Notes: generated from the sequence alone by a model not told the origin. A DNA stretch of 64,000 nucleotides from Beijerinckiaceae bacterium (GCA_036265935.1 DATAOB010000002.1:1055-65054), one strand, 5' to 3'; positions 30,274-40,340 are shown, counted from the first letter of the stretch. A program made the numbers and translations.

Positions 30274-31548
30274 ATGCACTTGGACCAAAGATTCGCGCAG
30301 ACGACCGCTCACGAGGGCGCATCGCGCCAACCCTGGCCCTCCGCGGGGCTGACGCGTGTTCCTTACCGCGTGTTCCAAAAAAATGAGACATACGAACGCG
30401 AGCAGAAGTGCATCTTTCAGGGCCCGCTCTGGCACTACCTCTGCATGGAAATCGAAATTCCCGCCGGAGGCGATTTCCGCACCACCAAGGTCGGCGACAC
30501 GCCGGTTGTCGTCTCGCGCGATTACGACCGCGAAATCTACGCATTCGAGAATCGCTGCGCCCACCGCGGCGCCCTGATCTGTCTCGACACGCACGGCAAG
30601 GGGCGCAAGGATTTCAGCTGCGTTTATCACGCCTGGACCTACGACACGAAAGGCAACCTGATCGGCGTCGCCTTCAAGGACGGTGTCAAGGGCAAAGGCG
30701 GCATGCCCGAGAGCTTCCGTATGCAGGATCACAATCCGCGCAAGCTCCGCGTTGCGACGGTCAACGGGCTTGTCTTCGGCTCTTTCTCCGAAGAGGTCCC
30801 GCCGATCGAGGAATATCTCGGGGAAGAAATCCTGTCGCGCATCGACCGCGTGCTCGGGCGGCGAAAGCCCGTCGTGATCGGGCGCTACACGCAGGTGCTG
30901 CCGAACAACTGGAAGCTCTACATGGAGAACGTCAAGGATTCATACCATGCGAGCATCCTGCATCTGTTCTTCACGACGTTCGAGCTGAACCGGCTCTCGC
31001 AGAAAGGCGCGATCATTGTCGACGAGACCGGCGGCCATCACGTGAGCTATTCCGCGATCGATCCCGAAGCGGCGAAAAGCGAGGAATACGCCAAGCAGCA
31101 ATTGCGCTCGGAAAGCGAGTACAAGCTCGCCGATCCGTCGCTCCTGCAAGGCTTCGACGAGTACGGCGATGGCGTGACGCTGCAGATATTATCGGTGTTC
31201 CCGACCTTCGTTCTGCAGCAGATCCAGAATGCCATCGCGGTTCGCCAGATCGTGCCGCGCGCGATCGAACGCACCGATCTCAACTGGACCTATCTCGGTT
31301 TCGCCGACGACACACCGGAGCAGCGCATGGTGCGGCTGAAACAGGCCAATCTCGTCGGGCCCGCCGGCTATATTTCGATGGAAGACGGTTGCGTTGGCGG
31401 CTTCGTGCAGCGCGGCATTGCCGGGGCTTCCGACGAGGAGGCCGTGCTCGAAATGGGCGGCGCCGCAGCGGAAAGCAGCGAAAGCCGTGTGACGGAAGCC
31501 TCGGTGCGCGGCTTCTGGAAAGCTTATCGCACGCATATGGGCCTTTAG
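30274..31548 (+). CDS. Rieske [2Fe-2S] aromatic ring-hydroxylating dioxygenase, alpha subunit (terephthalate-dioxygenase-like)
   Basis: 424-aa ORF with Rieske motif CAHRGALIC...CVYHAWTY and a catalytic domain containing [19 protein letters not shown]. Confidence 0.88.
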   Translation: MHLDQRFAQTTAHEGASRQPWPSAGLTRVPYRVFQKNETYEREQKCIFQGPLWHYLCMEIEIPAGGDFRTTKVGDTPVVVSRDYDREIYAFENRCAHRGALICLDTHGKGRKDFSCVYHAWTYDTKGNLIGVAFKDGVKGKGGMPESFRMQDHNPRKLRVATVNGLVFGSFSEEVPPIEEYLGEEILSRIDRVLGRRKPVVIGRYTQVLPNNWKLYMENVKDSYHASILHLFFTTFELNRLSQKGAIIVDETGGHHVSYSAIDPEAAKSEEYAKQQLRSESEYKLADPSLLQGFDEYGDGVTLQILSVFPTFVLQQIQNAIAVRQIVPRAIERTDLNWTYLGFADDTPEQRMVRLKQANLVGPAGYISMEDGCVGGFVQRGIAGASDEEAVLEMGGAAAESSESRVTEASVRGFWKAYRTHMGL

Positions 31549-31556
31549 CTCGTCCG

Positions 31557-32021
31557 ATGGACGCATTACGCCTGATCGTGCAAGCGCAGTCGGATTATAT
31601 CCGCTGCATCGACGACGACCGGCTCGAGGAATGGCCAGATCATTTTCATGGGCCATGCAAATACGTCGTGACCAGCGCCGCGAATTATCGCGAAGGCTTA
31701 GAGGCGGGCATCATTTTCGCCAATTCGCGCGGCATGCTGCAGGATCGCGTCTCAGCCTTACGTGAAGCCAACATTTACGAGCGCCAGTCCTACCGGCATA
31801 TTCTCGGGCAGCCGGCGATATTGTCGCAGCACGGTGCGGAAGTGCGCACGGAGACGCCGTTTTTCGTCGCGCGCATTTTGCAGGACGGCGACACCGATCT
31901 CTTCGCAACAGGGCGCTATCTCGACCTCTACAGGATCGAGGACCACAAAGCCAAACTAGAGGAGCGGACGGTCGTCTGCGATAGTTCACGCATCGACACA
32001 CTGCTCGCGTTACCGCTTTGA
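31557..32021 (+). CDS. aromatic ring-hydroxylating dioxygenase, beta subunit
   Basis: The last 154 aa of shadow ORF 30408..32021 (MDALRLIVQAQSDYIRCIDDDRLEEW...). ATG lies 8 nt after the alpha stop. SnoaL-like beta-subunit pattern. Confidence 0.82.
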   Translation: MDALRLIVQAQSDYIRCIDDDRLEEWPDHFHGPCKYVVTSAANYREGLEAGIIFANSRGMLQDRVSALREANIYERQSYRHILGQPAILSQHGAEVRTETPFFVARILQDGDTDLFATGRYLDLYRIEDHKAKLEERTVVCDSSRIDTLLALPL

Positions 32022-33025
32022 GTGCTGAGGCACCACAGGCGATCGCGCTGGCGATCGGCGATCCGAATGGAATCGGACCTGAGATTGCGGTCAAGGCGGC
32101 GCGGCACTTTGCGGATAATCTCCAGATCGAGATCATAATTGTCGGCGACGAGCAGGTCGTGCGCTTTTATGCGCAGCGTTTTGCGCCGGATTTGCCGATC
32201 CAATTTTGCGGCGAGGATACGAGAGGGGCGCGTGCACTGAAGCTGGTGCCGGTGCAGTCGCTCCCGCCGGATGCATTCATGCCGGGCAAAGCCGGCGCGC
32301 CAAGTGGCCGGGCAACGGTGGACTATGTCAGCGCCGCGATACGTTTAATCAGAGAAGGCCGCGCTGCTTCGGTGGTCGCCTGCCCACATTCGGAAACGGC
32401 TGTTAATGCGGCAGGCATACGTTTCTCCGGCTATCCCGGCCTGATCGCCCGCCTCACGGATATTCCCGAAAGCGAAGTCTTTCTGATGCTCGTCGGCGGC
32501 GGCCTGCGCATCGTGCACGTGACGCTGCACGAGCGACTGCAAGATGCGCTGTCGCGGCTTATGCCCGATCTCGTCTGCAAAGCGGTGAATGCCGCAGCCG
32601 ATGCGCTGCGTTCGCAAGGAATTGCGCGGCCAAAGATCGGTTTGTTCGGCATCAATCCGCATGCCGGCGAAGGCGGATTGTTCGGCGACGACGACGAACG
32701 CATCACCGCGCCCGCCGCCGCCGCGCTTCGCCACGCCGGCCTGGACGTAGAGGGACCCCTCGGTGCCGATCTCATGCTGGCGCGGCGGGACGTCGACGCG
32801 TTCGTCGCGATGTATCACGACCAGGGCCACATTCCGGTGAAGCTTCTCGCCGGGCGCAATTCCGCGGCGATGTCGATCGGTGCGGGCTTTGTCTTCTCCA
32901 GCGTCGGGCACGGCAGCGCTTTCGATATTGCCGGGCGCGGGACGGCGGAGCCCGATGCGCTGATCCGCGCGATCGAACTCGTGAGCGGCCGGACCGTTGT
33001 TCAAAGTCGAACAGGTGCGGCATGA
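32018..33025 (+). CDS. PdxA-family NAD-dependent dehydrogenase (TphB-like cis-diol dehydrogenase candidate)
   Basis: 335-aa ORF with the N-terminal PdxA signature AIGDPNGIGPEI and HAGEGG. The TTG start overlaps the beta stop (TTGA). It sits between the oxygenase and reductase genes. Confidence 0.8.
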   Translation: MSAEAPQAIALAIGDPNGIGPEIAVKAARHFADNLQIEIIIVGDEQVVRFYAQRFAPDLPIQFCGEDTRGARALKLVPVQSLPPDAFMPGKAGAPSGRATVDYVSAAIRLIREGRAASVVACPHSETAVNAAGIRFSGYPGLIARLTDIPESEVFLMLVGGGLRIVHVTLHERLQDALSRLMPDLVCKAVNAAADALRSQGIARPKIGLFGINPHAGEGGLFGDDDERITAPAAAALRHAGLDVEGPLGADLMLARRDVDAFVAMYHDQGHIPVKLLAGRNSAAMSIGAGFVFSSVGHGSAFDIAGRGTAEPDALIRAIELVSGRTVVQSRTGAA

Positions 33026-34014
33026 CCTTTGAGGTCGCGATCGGGCACAGCGACATCGTCTTTCCCGCCGACTCAGGCGAGACGGTTCTCGATGCGGCGG
33101 AACGCGCCGGCTATTCGCTCCCCTATTCGTGCCGCAAGGGCGTCTGCAGCACGTGCGAAGCGGGCTTGCGCGCCGGAACGGTGGCGCTCGGCTCGCAGCT
33201 CATCGAGGGGCCGAAATCCGCAGTTCTGCTGTGCCGCGCCAAGCCACAATCCGACATCATCGTGCATCCGCGCCGCATCGAGCGGCGCGAGGCTTCCGGA
33301 ACGAAGACGATCGATGCGTGGGTGTTCCGGCTGAACTGGCCGACGGAGGAGGTCGCGACCCTGCTTCTGCGCTTTCCCGTCAGTATCCGCGCGAAGTTCA
33401 AAGCGGGTCAGTATCTGCGGATAAAATCGCCCGACGGCAGCGCGCGCAATTTCTCGCTTGCCAATCCGCCGCAGGAAAGCGACGGCGCGCAGCTGCATAT
33501 CCGCCATATCGGTGGCGGGCATTTTTCGGAAGGCGTTCTCCGGCAACTGAAGCTCGGCGACCGCGTGCAGATCGAGGTTCCGTTCGGCGATTTCTTCCTG
33601 CGCGAGAATACGGAGCGCCCGATCATCTGCCTCGCGACAGGCGCGGGTTTCGCGCCGATCAAATCGATCGTCGAACATCTGATCAGGCGCGAAAGCACGC
33701 GGCCGGTGAAATTTTACTGGAGCGGTAGGCACGCTCAGGACCTGTACATGCGCGCGCTTCCGGAGAAATGGGCGCGCAAGTTACCTTGGTTCGAATTCAC
33801 GCCTGTCCTCACCGCGCCCGACGAATCGTGGAGCGGCCGCAAAGGCCTCGTGCATCGCGCGGTGATCGAGGACGTGCCGGACCTTTCGAATTACCAGGTC
33901 TATGCAAGCGGCAATCCGCTGATGATCCGTAAAGCGCGCGGCGATTTTACACGGCAAGGAGGCCTGCCGGAGGATCAGTTCTTTGCCGAGCCCTTTGTGA
34001 CCACGGGCACGTGA
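33022..34014 (+). CDS. dioxygenase reductase: N-terminal plant-type [2Fe-2S] ferredoxin fused to an FNR-like FAD/NAD module
   Basis: 330-aa ORF with CRKGVCSTCEA...C, RNFSLAN (FAD-binding RxYS-like) and GAGFAPIKS (NAD-binding). ATG overlaps the upstream stop (ATGA). Confidence 0.85.
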   Translation: MTFEVAIGHSDIVFPADSGETVLDAAERAGYSLPYSCRKGVCSTCEAGLRAGTVALGSQLIEGPKSAVLLCRAKPQSDIIVHPRRIERREASGTKTIDAWVFRLNWPTEEVATLLLRFPVSIRAKFKAGQYLRIKSPDGSARNFSLANPPQESDGAQLHIRHIGGGHFSEGVLRQLKLGDRVQIEVPFGDFFLRENTERPIICLATGAGFAPIKSIVEHLIRRESTRPVKFYWSGRHAQDLYMRALPEKWARKLPWFEFTPVLTAPDESWSGRKGLVHRAVIEDVPDLSNYQVYASGNPLMIRKARGDFTRQGGLPEDQFFAEPFVTTGT

Positions 34015-34035
34015 ACAAAGACGGGGAGATTGGCG

Positions 34036-35388
34036 ATGAGTTTGCATGACGACAATTTTCACGTACCGGCCTTCATCAACGAGAAGCCGATCGGCGCCTC
34101 GCAGTACATCATCACCCTGCTCTGTGGGTTGGTGATGTTTCTCGATGGCTTCGACACGCAGTCGATCAGCTACATGGCGCCACTGATTGCCAAGGAGTGG
34201 GGCTTATCGCGCGAAGTGCTCGGTCCGATCTTTTCCTCGGCGCTTACCGGGCTCATGGTCGGCTATCTCGTCCTATCGCCGCTCTCCGATCGCTTCGGTC
34301 ACCGGCGCATGATCCTCATCAGCACCATCGCATTCGGCGTCGCGACGTTGATCACGGCTTTCACCAGCAACGTGACCGAGCTGATCGTGCTGCGCTTCGT
34401 CACCGGCCTGTTTCTCGGCTCCGCCATTCCGAGCGCCGTGGCGCTTACCGGCGAATACAGCCCGAAGCGGTTCCGTGCGACATTCGTGCTGGCCATCTAT
34501 TGCGGATTTTCGCTGGGCTTCGTCGCCACCGGCGCGCTCGCCGCCTCACTGCTGCCGCTCTACGGCTGGCGCTCGCTGCTGTGGGTCGGCGCGATCGCGC
34601 CGCTCGTGCTGTCAATATTCCTGTTCTTCTTCCTGCACGAATCGCTGGATTTTCTGGTGCGCACCAAGGCCGACGGCCACCGCATCTGGCACATATTGCG
34701 GCGCGTCGATCCTGCGCTGCCGGAAGGGGCGCCGCGATCGTTCACGACAGAAGAAAAGGAGGTCGGCAGTGCCGTCGCCAGCCTGTTCACGTCCGGGCGG
34801 GCGGTTGGTACCATCGTTCTCTGGATCGTTTTCTTCCTTAACCTCGCCGAGTTCTACGCACTGCAGAGCTGGCTGCCGACGATCCTCACCAACTTAAAAT
34901 ACCCGCTGACGAGCGTCGCGCTCGCAACGACGCTGACGACGGTCGGCGGCATAATCATCGCAGTGGTCATCGGTCCGGCGATGGACATGCTCGGTCCATA
35001 TCGCTCACTCGCGGTGCTCTATCTGCTTGGCGTGGTTTTCGTGGCGCTGATGGGCGCGGCGCTGTCGTACCCCGAATGGGTGCTGATGTTCGCCACCTTC
35101 TTCGCCGGCTGCTGTGTCAGCGGCGGACAGAAAAGCGTGATCGCGCTTGCTGCCGTGTTTTACCCCGCACCGATCCGCTCGACCGGAGTCGGCTGGGCAC
35201 TGGGCATCGGCCGCTTGGGTGGAATCGGCGGCCCGCTACTCTTCGGCCTGCTCCTCAATTATGTCACGCCGACGAGCATCTTGTATGCCGCGGCCGTGCC
35301 GATGCTGATTGCCGCGATTCTCATCGCATTCCTGGGTGTGCGGTACGGAACGCGAGTCGTGGCGCCCCAACCCGCACTGGCAGAATGA
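34036..35388 (+). CDS. MFS transporter, aromatic acid:H+ symporter-like
   Basis: ORF 34030..35388 (TTG). The ATG at 34036 is preceded by GGGGAG. Motifs LDGFDTQSISYMAP and PLSDRFGHRR. 12 TM segments predicted by eye. Confidence 0.82.
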   Translation: MSLHDDNFHVPAFINEKPIGASQYIITLLCGLVMFLDGFDTQSISYMAPLIAKEWGLSREVLGPIFSSALTGLMVGYLVLSPLSDRFGHRRMILISTIAFGVATLITAFTSNVTELIVLRFVTGLFLGSAIPSAVALTGEYSPKRFRATFVLAIYCGFSLGFVATGALAASLLPLYGWRSLLWVGAIAPLVLSIFLFFFLHESLDFLVRTKADGHRIWHILRRVDPALPEGAPRSFTTEEKEVGSAVASLFTSGRAVGTIVLWIVFFLNLAEFYALQSWLPTILTNLKYPLTSVALATTLTTVGGIIIAVVIGPAMDMLGPYRSLAVLYLLGVVFVALMGAALSYPEWVLMFATFFAGCCVSGGQKSVIALAAVFYPAPIRSTGVGWALGIGRLGGIGGPLLFGLLLNYVTPTSILYAAAVPMLIAAILIAFLGVRYGTRVVAPQPALAE

Positions 35389-35402
35389 ATTGACGCGCCG
35401 CC

Positions 35403-37223
35403 TCAAGCCGCCGTGCTTTGCGGCGCATAGAGCGCCTCGATCTCCGCGGCGAATTTCGTGTAGATGTTGGCGCGTCGCACCTTCATTGTGGCGGTGACCT
35501 CGCCGTCGTCGTGGTCGAGCTCTTTCGTCAGGAGATGAAAGCGCTTCACCTGCTCGACCGGCGCAAGCGCGTCATTGGCCTTCTCGACTTCCTGCGAGAT
35601 CAGGCGGAAGACGGCCGGGTGCTCGGCCAGCGAGCGAAAGGTGGTGAAGGCGAGGCCCTTCTGCTCGGCCCATTTGCCGACATTTTCGAAATCGATCTGG
35701 ATCAGCGCGGTCACGTAACGGCGCGCATCGCCGATGACGATGCATTCCTTGACGAAAGGGCTTGCCTTCATCGCATTCTCGATCAGCGAGGGGCTGAGAT
35801 TCTTGCCGCCCGACGTGATGATGACGTCCTTTTTGCGGTCGACGATCTTGACGTGCCCGTCGCACCATTCGGCGATGTCGCCGGTGTGCAGCCAGCCATC
35901 GATCACCGTGCGCCGCGTCAGGTCGAGATCCTTGTAATAGCCCGCGAACACCATGCCGCCGCGGACCAGCACTTCGCCGTCTTCTGCGATGCGAACCTCG
36001 GCACGGTCGACGGCAGGACCGACGGTGCCGAGCTTCACGTCCTCGGCAAGCTGGCCGGTTACGCCGCCGGAGGATTCCGTTTGCCCGTAGACCTCGATCA
36101 GCGGCAGGCCCATCGTGCGGAAGAACATGAACACCTTCGGTGGGATCGGCGCCGCGCCAGTCACGCAGATGCGCGTGCGGCGCAAGCCGATGAAATTTTG
36201 CAGCGGGCGGAAAACAAGCCAATACCACAGCGCGAATGTGAGCCTCTCGCGGAGTGTGCGCGGGCCGGTCAGCGCGAAAGGCTCGCAAGCCGCGAAGGCG
36301 CGCTCGACAAGCATTTTGTTCAGTCGGCCGCTTTCCAGCGTCTTGATGTGGATTGCCGAATGCATCTTCTCCCAGATGCGCGGCACGCCAAGGAACAGGC
36401 TCGGCGCGACTTCGCGCAAATCTTCTTGCACGGTGCGCAGCGACTCGCCGAAATTGACCATCATGCCGTATTGCAGCGGCGCGAATGTCGTCAACCCCTG
36501 CTCGGCGACGTGACAGAGCGGCAGGTAAGAGAGCGTCGTCGAGCTCGCATCGAGTTTCAGCCGCTCGGCATAGCCGGGCACGGCGGCGGCGATATTCGCA
36601 TACGAAATCATCGCGCCTTTCGGTTTGCCGGTCGAGCCCGACGTGTAGATGATGATGGCGATGTCTTCCGGCCGCTGCGCGTCGACGAGTTTGTCGACAT
36701 GGTCCGGGTCTTCCGCGTCCGCTTTCGCGCCAAGTTCCTCCAGCGCATCGAACGACACGACCTTGTTTGAATCGTAGGCCCGGAACCCTTTCGTTTCCAT
36801 CACGACGATGCGCTTGAGCTTCGGCAGTTCGTGGCAGGTTGCCAAAACCTTGTCGGCTTGCTCCTGGTCCTCGCAAAGGACGATCTCGCAATCGCCGTGC
36901 TCGAGCACGTATGCCACTTCCGGCGCGGGGCTTGTCGCATATACGCCGACAGTGACGGCGCCGATTGCGCCGGCGCCGAGCTGCGCCAGTACCCATTCGA
37001 TCCGATTTTCGGAGATGATGCCGATATGCGCGCCCTGCTTGAGACCGAGCGCGCGGAGCCCCATGCCGACCGCGCGGGCGCGCTGCCAATACTGAGCCCA
37101 GGTCGTCGGGTGCCAAATGCCGAAGCGCTTCTGGCGAAGCGCGATCGCTTGCGGCCGCGTGCGCGCGTGATGCCGCAGCCATTGCGGCAGGGTTTGGGGT
37201 TTCATTGTACCATCGCCAGGCAT
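35403..37223 (-). CDS. AMP-dependent acyl-CoA synthetase/ligase
   Basis: ORF 35403..37238 (TTG). In-frame ATGs at 37223 and 37205. AMP-binding motif IIYTSGSTGKPKGA, plus GWLHTGD. Confidence 0.88.
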   Translation of the reverse strand: MPGDGTMKPQTLPQWLRHHARTRPQAIALRQKRFGIWHPTTWAQYWQRARAVGMGLRALGLKQGAHIGIISENRIEWVLAQLGAGAIGAVTVGVYATSPAPEVAYVLEHGDCEIVLCEDQEQADKVLATCHELPKLKRIVVMETKGFRAYDSNKVVSFDALEELGAKADAEDPDHVDKLVDAQRPEDIAIIIYTSGSTGKPKGAMISYANIAAAVPGYAERLKLDASSTTLSYLPLCHVAEQGLTTFAPLQYGMMVNFGESLRTVQEDLREVAPSLFLGVPRIWEKMHSAIHIKTLESGRLNKMLVERAFAACEPFALTGPRTLRERLTFALWYWLVFRPLQNFIGLRRTRICVTGAAPIPPKVFMFFRTMGLPLIEVYGQTESSGGVTGQLAEDVKLGTVGPAVDRAEVRIAEDGEVLVRGGMVFAGYYKDLDLTRRTVIDGWLHTGDIAEWCDGHVKIVDRKKDVIITSGGKNLSPSLIENAMKASPFVKECIVIGDARRYVTALIQIDFENVGKWAEQKGLAFTTFRSLAEHPAVFRLISQEVEKANDALAPVEQVKRFHLLTKELDHDDGEVTATMKVRRANIYTKFAAEIEALYAPQSTAA

Positions 37224-37234
37224 GCTATGCCTCT

Positions 37235-38056
37235 TCAACTCAGCCAGCGCTTGCGTCGCTTGTAATGCTTCACGTCGCGGAAACTTTTGAAGCCGCCGGC
37301 GCCGACGCCGGCGCCCAGATAGAACTCGCGCACATCGCGATCGCCGGTGAGCTTCTCGACCGTTCCGTCAATGACGATCTTGCCCTGCTCCATGATGTAG
37401 CCGTAGCTCGCGACCGAAAGCGCCATGGCGGCGTTCTGCTCGACCAGCAGGATCGACACGCCGCGCTCCTTGTTGATGCGGCCGATAATGCGGAAAATCT
37501 CCTCGACCAGAACCGGCGACAATCCGAGCGACGGCTCATCCATGAGGATCAACTTCGGACGCGCGATCAGCCCGCGGCCGAGCGCCAGCATCTGCTGCTC
37601 CCCGCCGGAGAGATAACCGGCAACGCCGGTGCGGCGCTCGCGCAGGCGCGGAAAATAGTCGAACACCGATTCAAAATCCGCTTCCACTTTATCGCGGCCC
37701 TCAAGCGCGTAAGTCGCCGCGATGAGATTTTCATCGACCGTGAGATCGGGAAAGATGCGGCGGCCCTCCATCACATGGAAGAGGCCGCTGCGCACCAGCG
37801 CATGCGGCGCCTGATTTTTAATGTCGGCGCCGTCGAAGCGAACCGTTCCGGCGGTGATCGCGCCGCGTTCGAGGCCGAGCATGTTCGACACGGCCTTCAG
37901 CGTCGTCGTCTTGCCGGCGCCGTTCGAGCCGAGCAGGGCGACGATCTGCCCGGCTTTCACCGCCAGCGAGAGGCCGCGCAGCACCTGGATCGTGTGGCTG
38001 TAGACGACCTCGATATTGTTGATTTCGAGGATCGTCTCGCCGGGTGCCGCGCTCAC
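37235..38056 (-). CDS. branched-chain-type ABC transporter ATP-binding protein (LivF-like)
   Basis: 273-aa ORF with a GTG start, Walker A GSNGAGKTTTL, signature LSGGEQQMLALGR, and ILMDEPS. Confidence 0.88.
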   Translation of the reverse strand: MSAAPGETILEINNIEVVYSHTIQVLRGLSLAVKAGQIVALLGSNGAGKTTTLKAVSNMLGLERGAITAGTVRFDGADIKNQAPHALVRSGLFHVMEGRRIFPDLTVDENLIAATYALEGRDKVEADFESVFDYFPRLRERRTGVAGYLSGGEQQMLALGRGLIARPKLILMDEPSLGLSPVLVEEIFRIIGRINKERGVSILLVEQNAAMALSVASYGYIMEQGKIVIDGTVEKLTGDRDVREFYLGAGVGAGGFKSFRDVKHYKRRKRWLS

Positions 38057-38063
38057 GTGCGGC

Positions 38064-39254
38064 TCACGCCTCGGCCTTGATCCAATCGGAGACCGGGTCC
38101 ATCTTGCCGGCCTTGAGATTGGCGCGGAAGATGCGGCCGACGCCGATCGAATTGCCGGGAACGCTGATCGGCACGCCGATGACGCCGCCCATGTCGTAAT
38201 CCTTGATCGTGTTCAGCGCCGCCTTGAGATTGGCGCCGGTCATCTCCTTGCCGGCTTCGATACAGCGGCGCATCGCCTCGGTGCCGAGCGTCAGATTGGT
38301 CCAGGGCTGCAGGTAGGAATTGGTGCGGTATTTGCCGCCGTTCGCCTTCTTGATGAAGTCCATGGCGGGGCCGCTGACGCCTTCCTGGTTGACATAATTG
38401 TAGGCGTTGACGCCGAGATATCCGTCGGCGACGTCGCCCATCTTCTGCAGGATGCCGAGATCGGAACTGTAGAATGTGCCCATGAATTGCGTTTCGATGC
38501 GCGCTTCTTTCATCTGCTTCATGAATTCGGGAATCGGCGCCATGACGTAGCCGTGGAACACCGTGAATTCGGGCCGGGCGCGGCGCAGTTTCAGCACCTC
38601 GGATGACACGTCGAAGCTTCCCGGCGGCGTGACGATCTTCTCCACCTGCTCCAGCCCGAGCGTTTTGGCGAGCGCCTCGCTCCTGGCGATCGGATCGCGG
38701 CCGAATTCAGTGTCGGAATGAACGAAGGCGATGCGCGCGCCCTTTTTCGTTGCGGCGATGTGCTTTAACAACATGCCGACCTGCGCCGAATAACTTGGGC
38801 CTGGCATATATTGCAGCGGATATTTTTGCGGGTCGTCGATTTCGGACGCGAACGACGCACCGGCCAGCAACAGCCCGCGGCGATTGACCTCCTCGTTGAT
38901 CGTCTTCTGGAATCCGGTGGAGTCACCCAGAAACAGCGGCACCTTGTATTCGGCGACCAGCCGGTTGAACACCGCGACCGCCTGCGGCACCTGATAGCCC
39001 GTATCCTCGACAATGAGCCGGAGCTTGCGCCCGGCAATGCCGCCGCGCTCGTTCAGATATTGCGCGAAATGATTGGCGCCGTCGGTGCCTTCAATGCCGG
39101 CAAAGGCGAACACGCCGGTCATCGGCGAGGCAATGGCGACCGGAATTTCGCTCGCCTCTTGAGCGCGCAGGCCGCGCACCCAAGGCGCCGGAACTGTGGA
39201 TGCCACCGCGCCGGCGCCGAGCCCAGCCAGAATTTTTCGTCGATCGGTTCGCAT
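38064..39254 (-). CDS. ABC transporter periplasmic substrate-binding protein (LivK / Peripla_BP_6 type) with a Tat-like signal
   Basis: The last 396 aa of shadow ORF 38064..40268. Starts MRTDRRKILAGLGAGAVAST behind GGAGG. The upstream 338 aa of that ORF is out-of-frame readthrough into the permease gene. Confidence 0.85.
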   Translation of the reverse strand: MRTDRRKILAGLGAGAVASTVPAPWVRGLRAQEASEIPVAIASPMTGVFAFAGIEGTDGANHFAQYLNERGGIAGRKLRLIVEDTGYQVPQAVAVFNRLVAEYKVPLFLGDSTGFQKTINEEVNRRGLLLAGASFASEIDDPQKYPLQYMPGPSYSAQVGMLLKHIAATKKGARIAFVHSDTEFGRDPIARSEALAKTLGLEQVEKIVTPPGSFDVSSEVLKLRRARPEFTVFHGYVMAPIPEFMKQMKEARIETQFMGTFYSSDLGILQKMGDVADGYLGVNAYNYVNQEGVSGPAMDFIKKANGGKYRTNSYLQPWTNLTLGTEAMRRCIEAGKEMTGANLKAALNTIKDYDMGGVIGVPISVPGNSIGVGRIFRANLKAGKMDPVSDWIKAEA

Positions 39255-39295
39255 GCAATCCTCCCGTTCGGTTTTCCTCATTAGGCCATGATTTC

Positions 39296-40339
39296 TCAGG
39301 TTCGGAAAGGCCAGAGCGCGAAGCGCTGCCGCGTCCGCTGCCAGATTTCGTTGAGACCCAGCGGCTCGAACATGAGGAAGCCGACGATCAGCGCCCCGAA
39401 CACGATCGTGCGCACCGGCGAGAGCAGCTTCACGGCGTCGGGCCAATATGGTGCCAGGTCCGAGGCGCCGATTTTCAAAAGCTCGGGGACGAGTGTCATG
39501 AACACGGCGCCGAAAATCGCGCCCCGCACCGAACCAAGCCCGCCGACGATGATCGCGGCGACGAAAAAGATCGACTCGATCAGCCTGAAGCTCTCCGGCG
39601 TGATGACGCGGAAGAGATAGACCCAGAGCGCGCCGGCCATGCCGGCGTAAAACGAAGCCAGCGCAAAGCTCATCAGCTTGTAGCGCAGGAGCTCTATGCC
39701 GAGCAGCTCCGCCGAGATATCGCGATCGCGAATGGCGATGAAGGCGCGCCCGACACGCGTGCGCAAGAGATTGCGCGCCCACCACACGGTCAGCGCGGCG
39801 ATCGGCATGGCGATCCAGTAGATCGCGCCCGCCGTCACGAGTGCGCGGCCGAAGAAGCTCGCCGGCTCGATCGTCAATCCGCGCGCGCCGCCGGTGACAG
39901 AAGTCCAATTGAAGAAGATCGATTGCAGAATGAAGGACGCGGCGATTGTGGTCAGCGCGAGATAGAGACCTTTCACACGCAGGCTCGGAATGCCGAACAC
40001 CGCCCCGACGGCCGCGGCCACAAAGCCGCCGGCCGGAATGGTCAGCCAGAACGGCAGCGCGAGATGATTCGACAGATAGGCCGCAGTGTAGGCGCCGACG
40101 CCCATGAAGGCCGCATGGCCGAGACTGACAAGACCGGTAAATCCCGTGAGAATCATCAGTCCCATCGCCGCGACGATGTTGATCGCGATGAGACAGGCGA
40201 GGAGCTGCCAGTAATCCGAGGCAATGAAGGGAAACAGGATCAGCGCGAGGGCGAGCGCGGCAAACCACGCGCGTTGCACGTTTGTTTTGAAGATCGCCTC
40301 GTCGGCCGCGTAGGTCTGTTTCGCCGAGCCGATCCGCAT
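39296..40339 (-). CDS. branched-chain-type ABC transporter permease (LivM-like)
   Basis: Met35 of ORF 39296..40441 (MRIGSAKQTYAADEAIF...). ATG lies 1 nt after the LivH-like stop. Polytopic membrane protein. Confidence 0.85.
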   Translation of the reverse strand: MRIGSAKQTYAADEAIFKTNVQRAWFAALALALILFPFIASDYWQLLACLIAINIVAAMGLMILTGFTGLVSLGHAAFMGVGAYTAAYLSNHLALPFWLTIPAGGFVAAAVGAVFGIPSLRVKGLYLALTTIAASFILQSIFFNWTSVTGGARGLTIEPASFFGRALVTAGAIYWIAMPIAALTVWWARNLLRTRVGRAFIAIRDRDISAELLGIELLRYKLMSFALASFYAGMAGALWVYLFRVITPESFRLIESIFFVAAIIVGGLGSVRGAIFGAVFMTLVPELLKIGASDLAPYWPDAVKLLSPVRTIVFGALIVGFLMFEPLGLNEIWQRTRQRFALWPFRT

Positions 40340-40340
40340 C

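Noticed and set aside
30408-31556. The first 383 residues of the 537-aa ORF 30408..32021, lying over the Rieske alpha gene in another frame.
   Set aside because: Arg/Pro/Ala-rich composition is typical of an off-frame read of GC-rich coding DNA. Only the last 154 aa (the beta subunit, from ATG 31557) look like a real protein.
35418-37182. Two very long ORFs (450 aa on the plus strand, 536 aa in an alternative minus frame) inside the acyl-CoA ligase gene. Similar antisense ORFs lie over the ABC, AsmA, dnaA and rfb genes.
   Set aside because: No motifs, extreme Arg/Ala/Gly/Pro bias, and they fully overlap genes with clear family signatures. These are standard high-GC shadow ORFs.
39255-40268. 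The upstream 338 residues of the 734-aa ORF 38064..40268.
   Set aside because: It is an out-of-frame readthrough across the LivM-like permease gene (Arg/His/Gly-rich nonsense). The binding protein starts at ATG 39254 with its own GGAGG and signal peptide.
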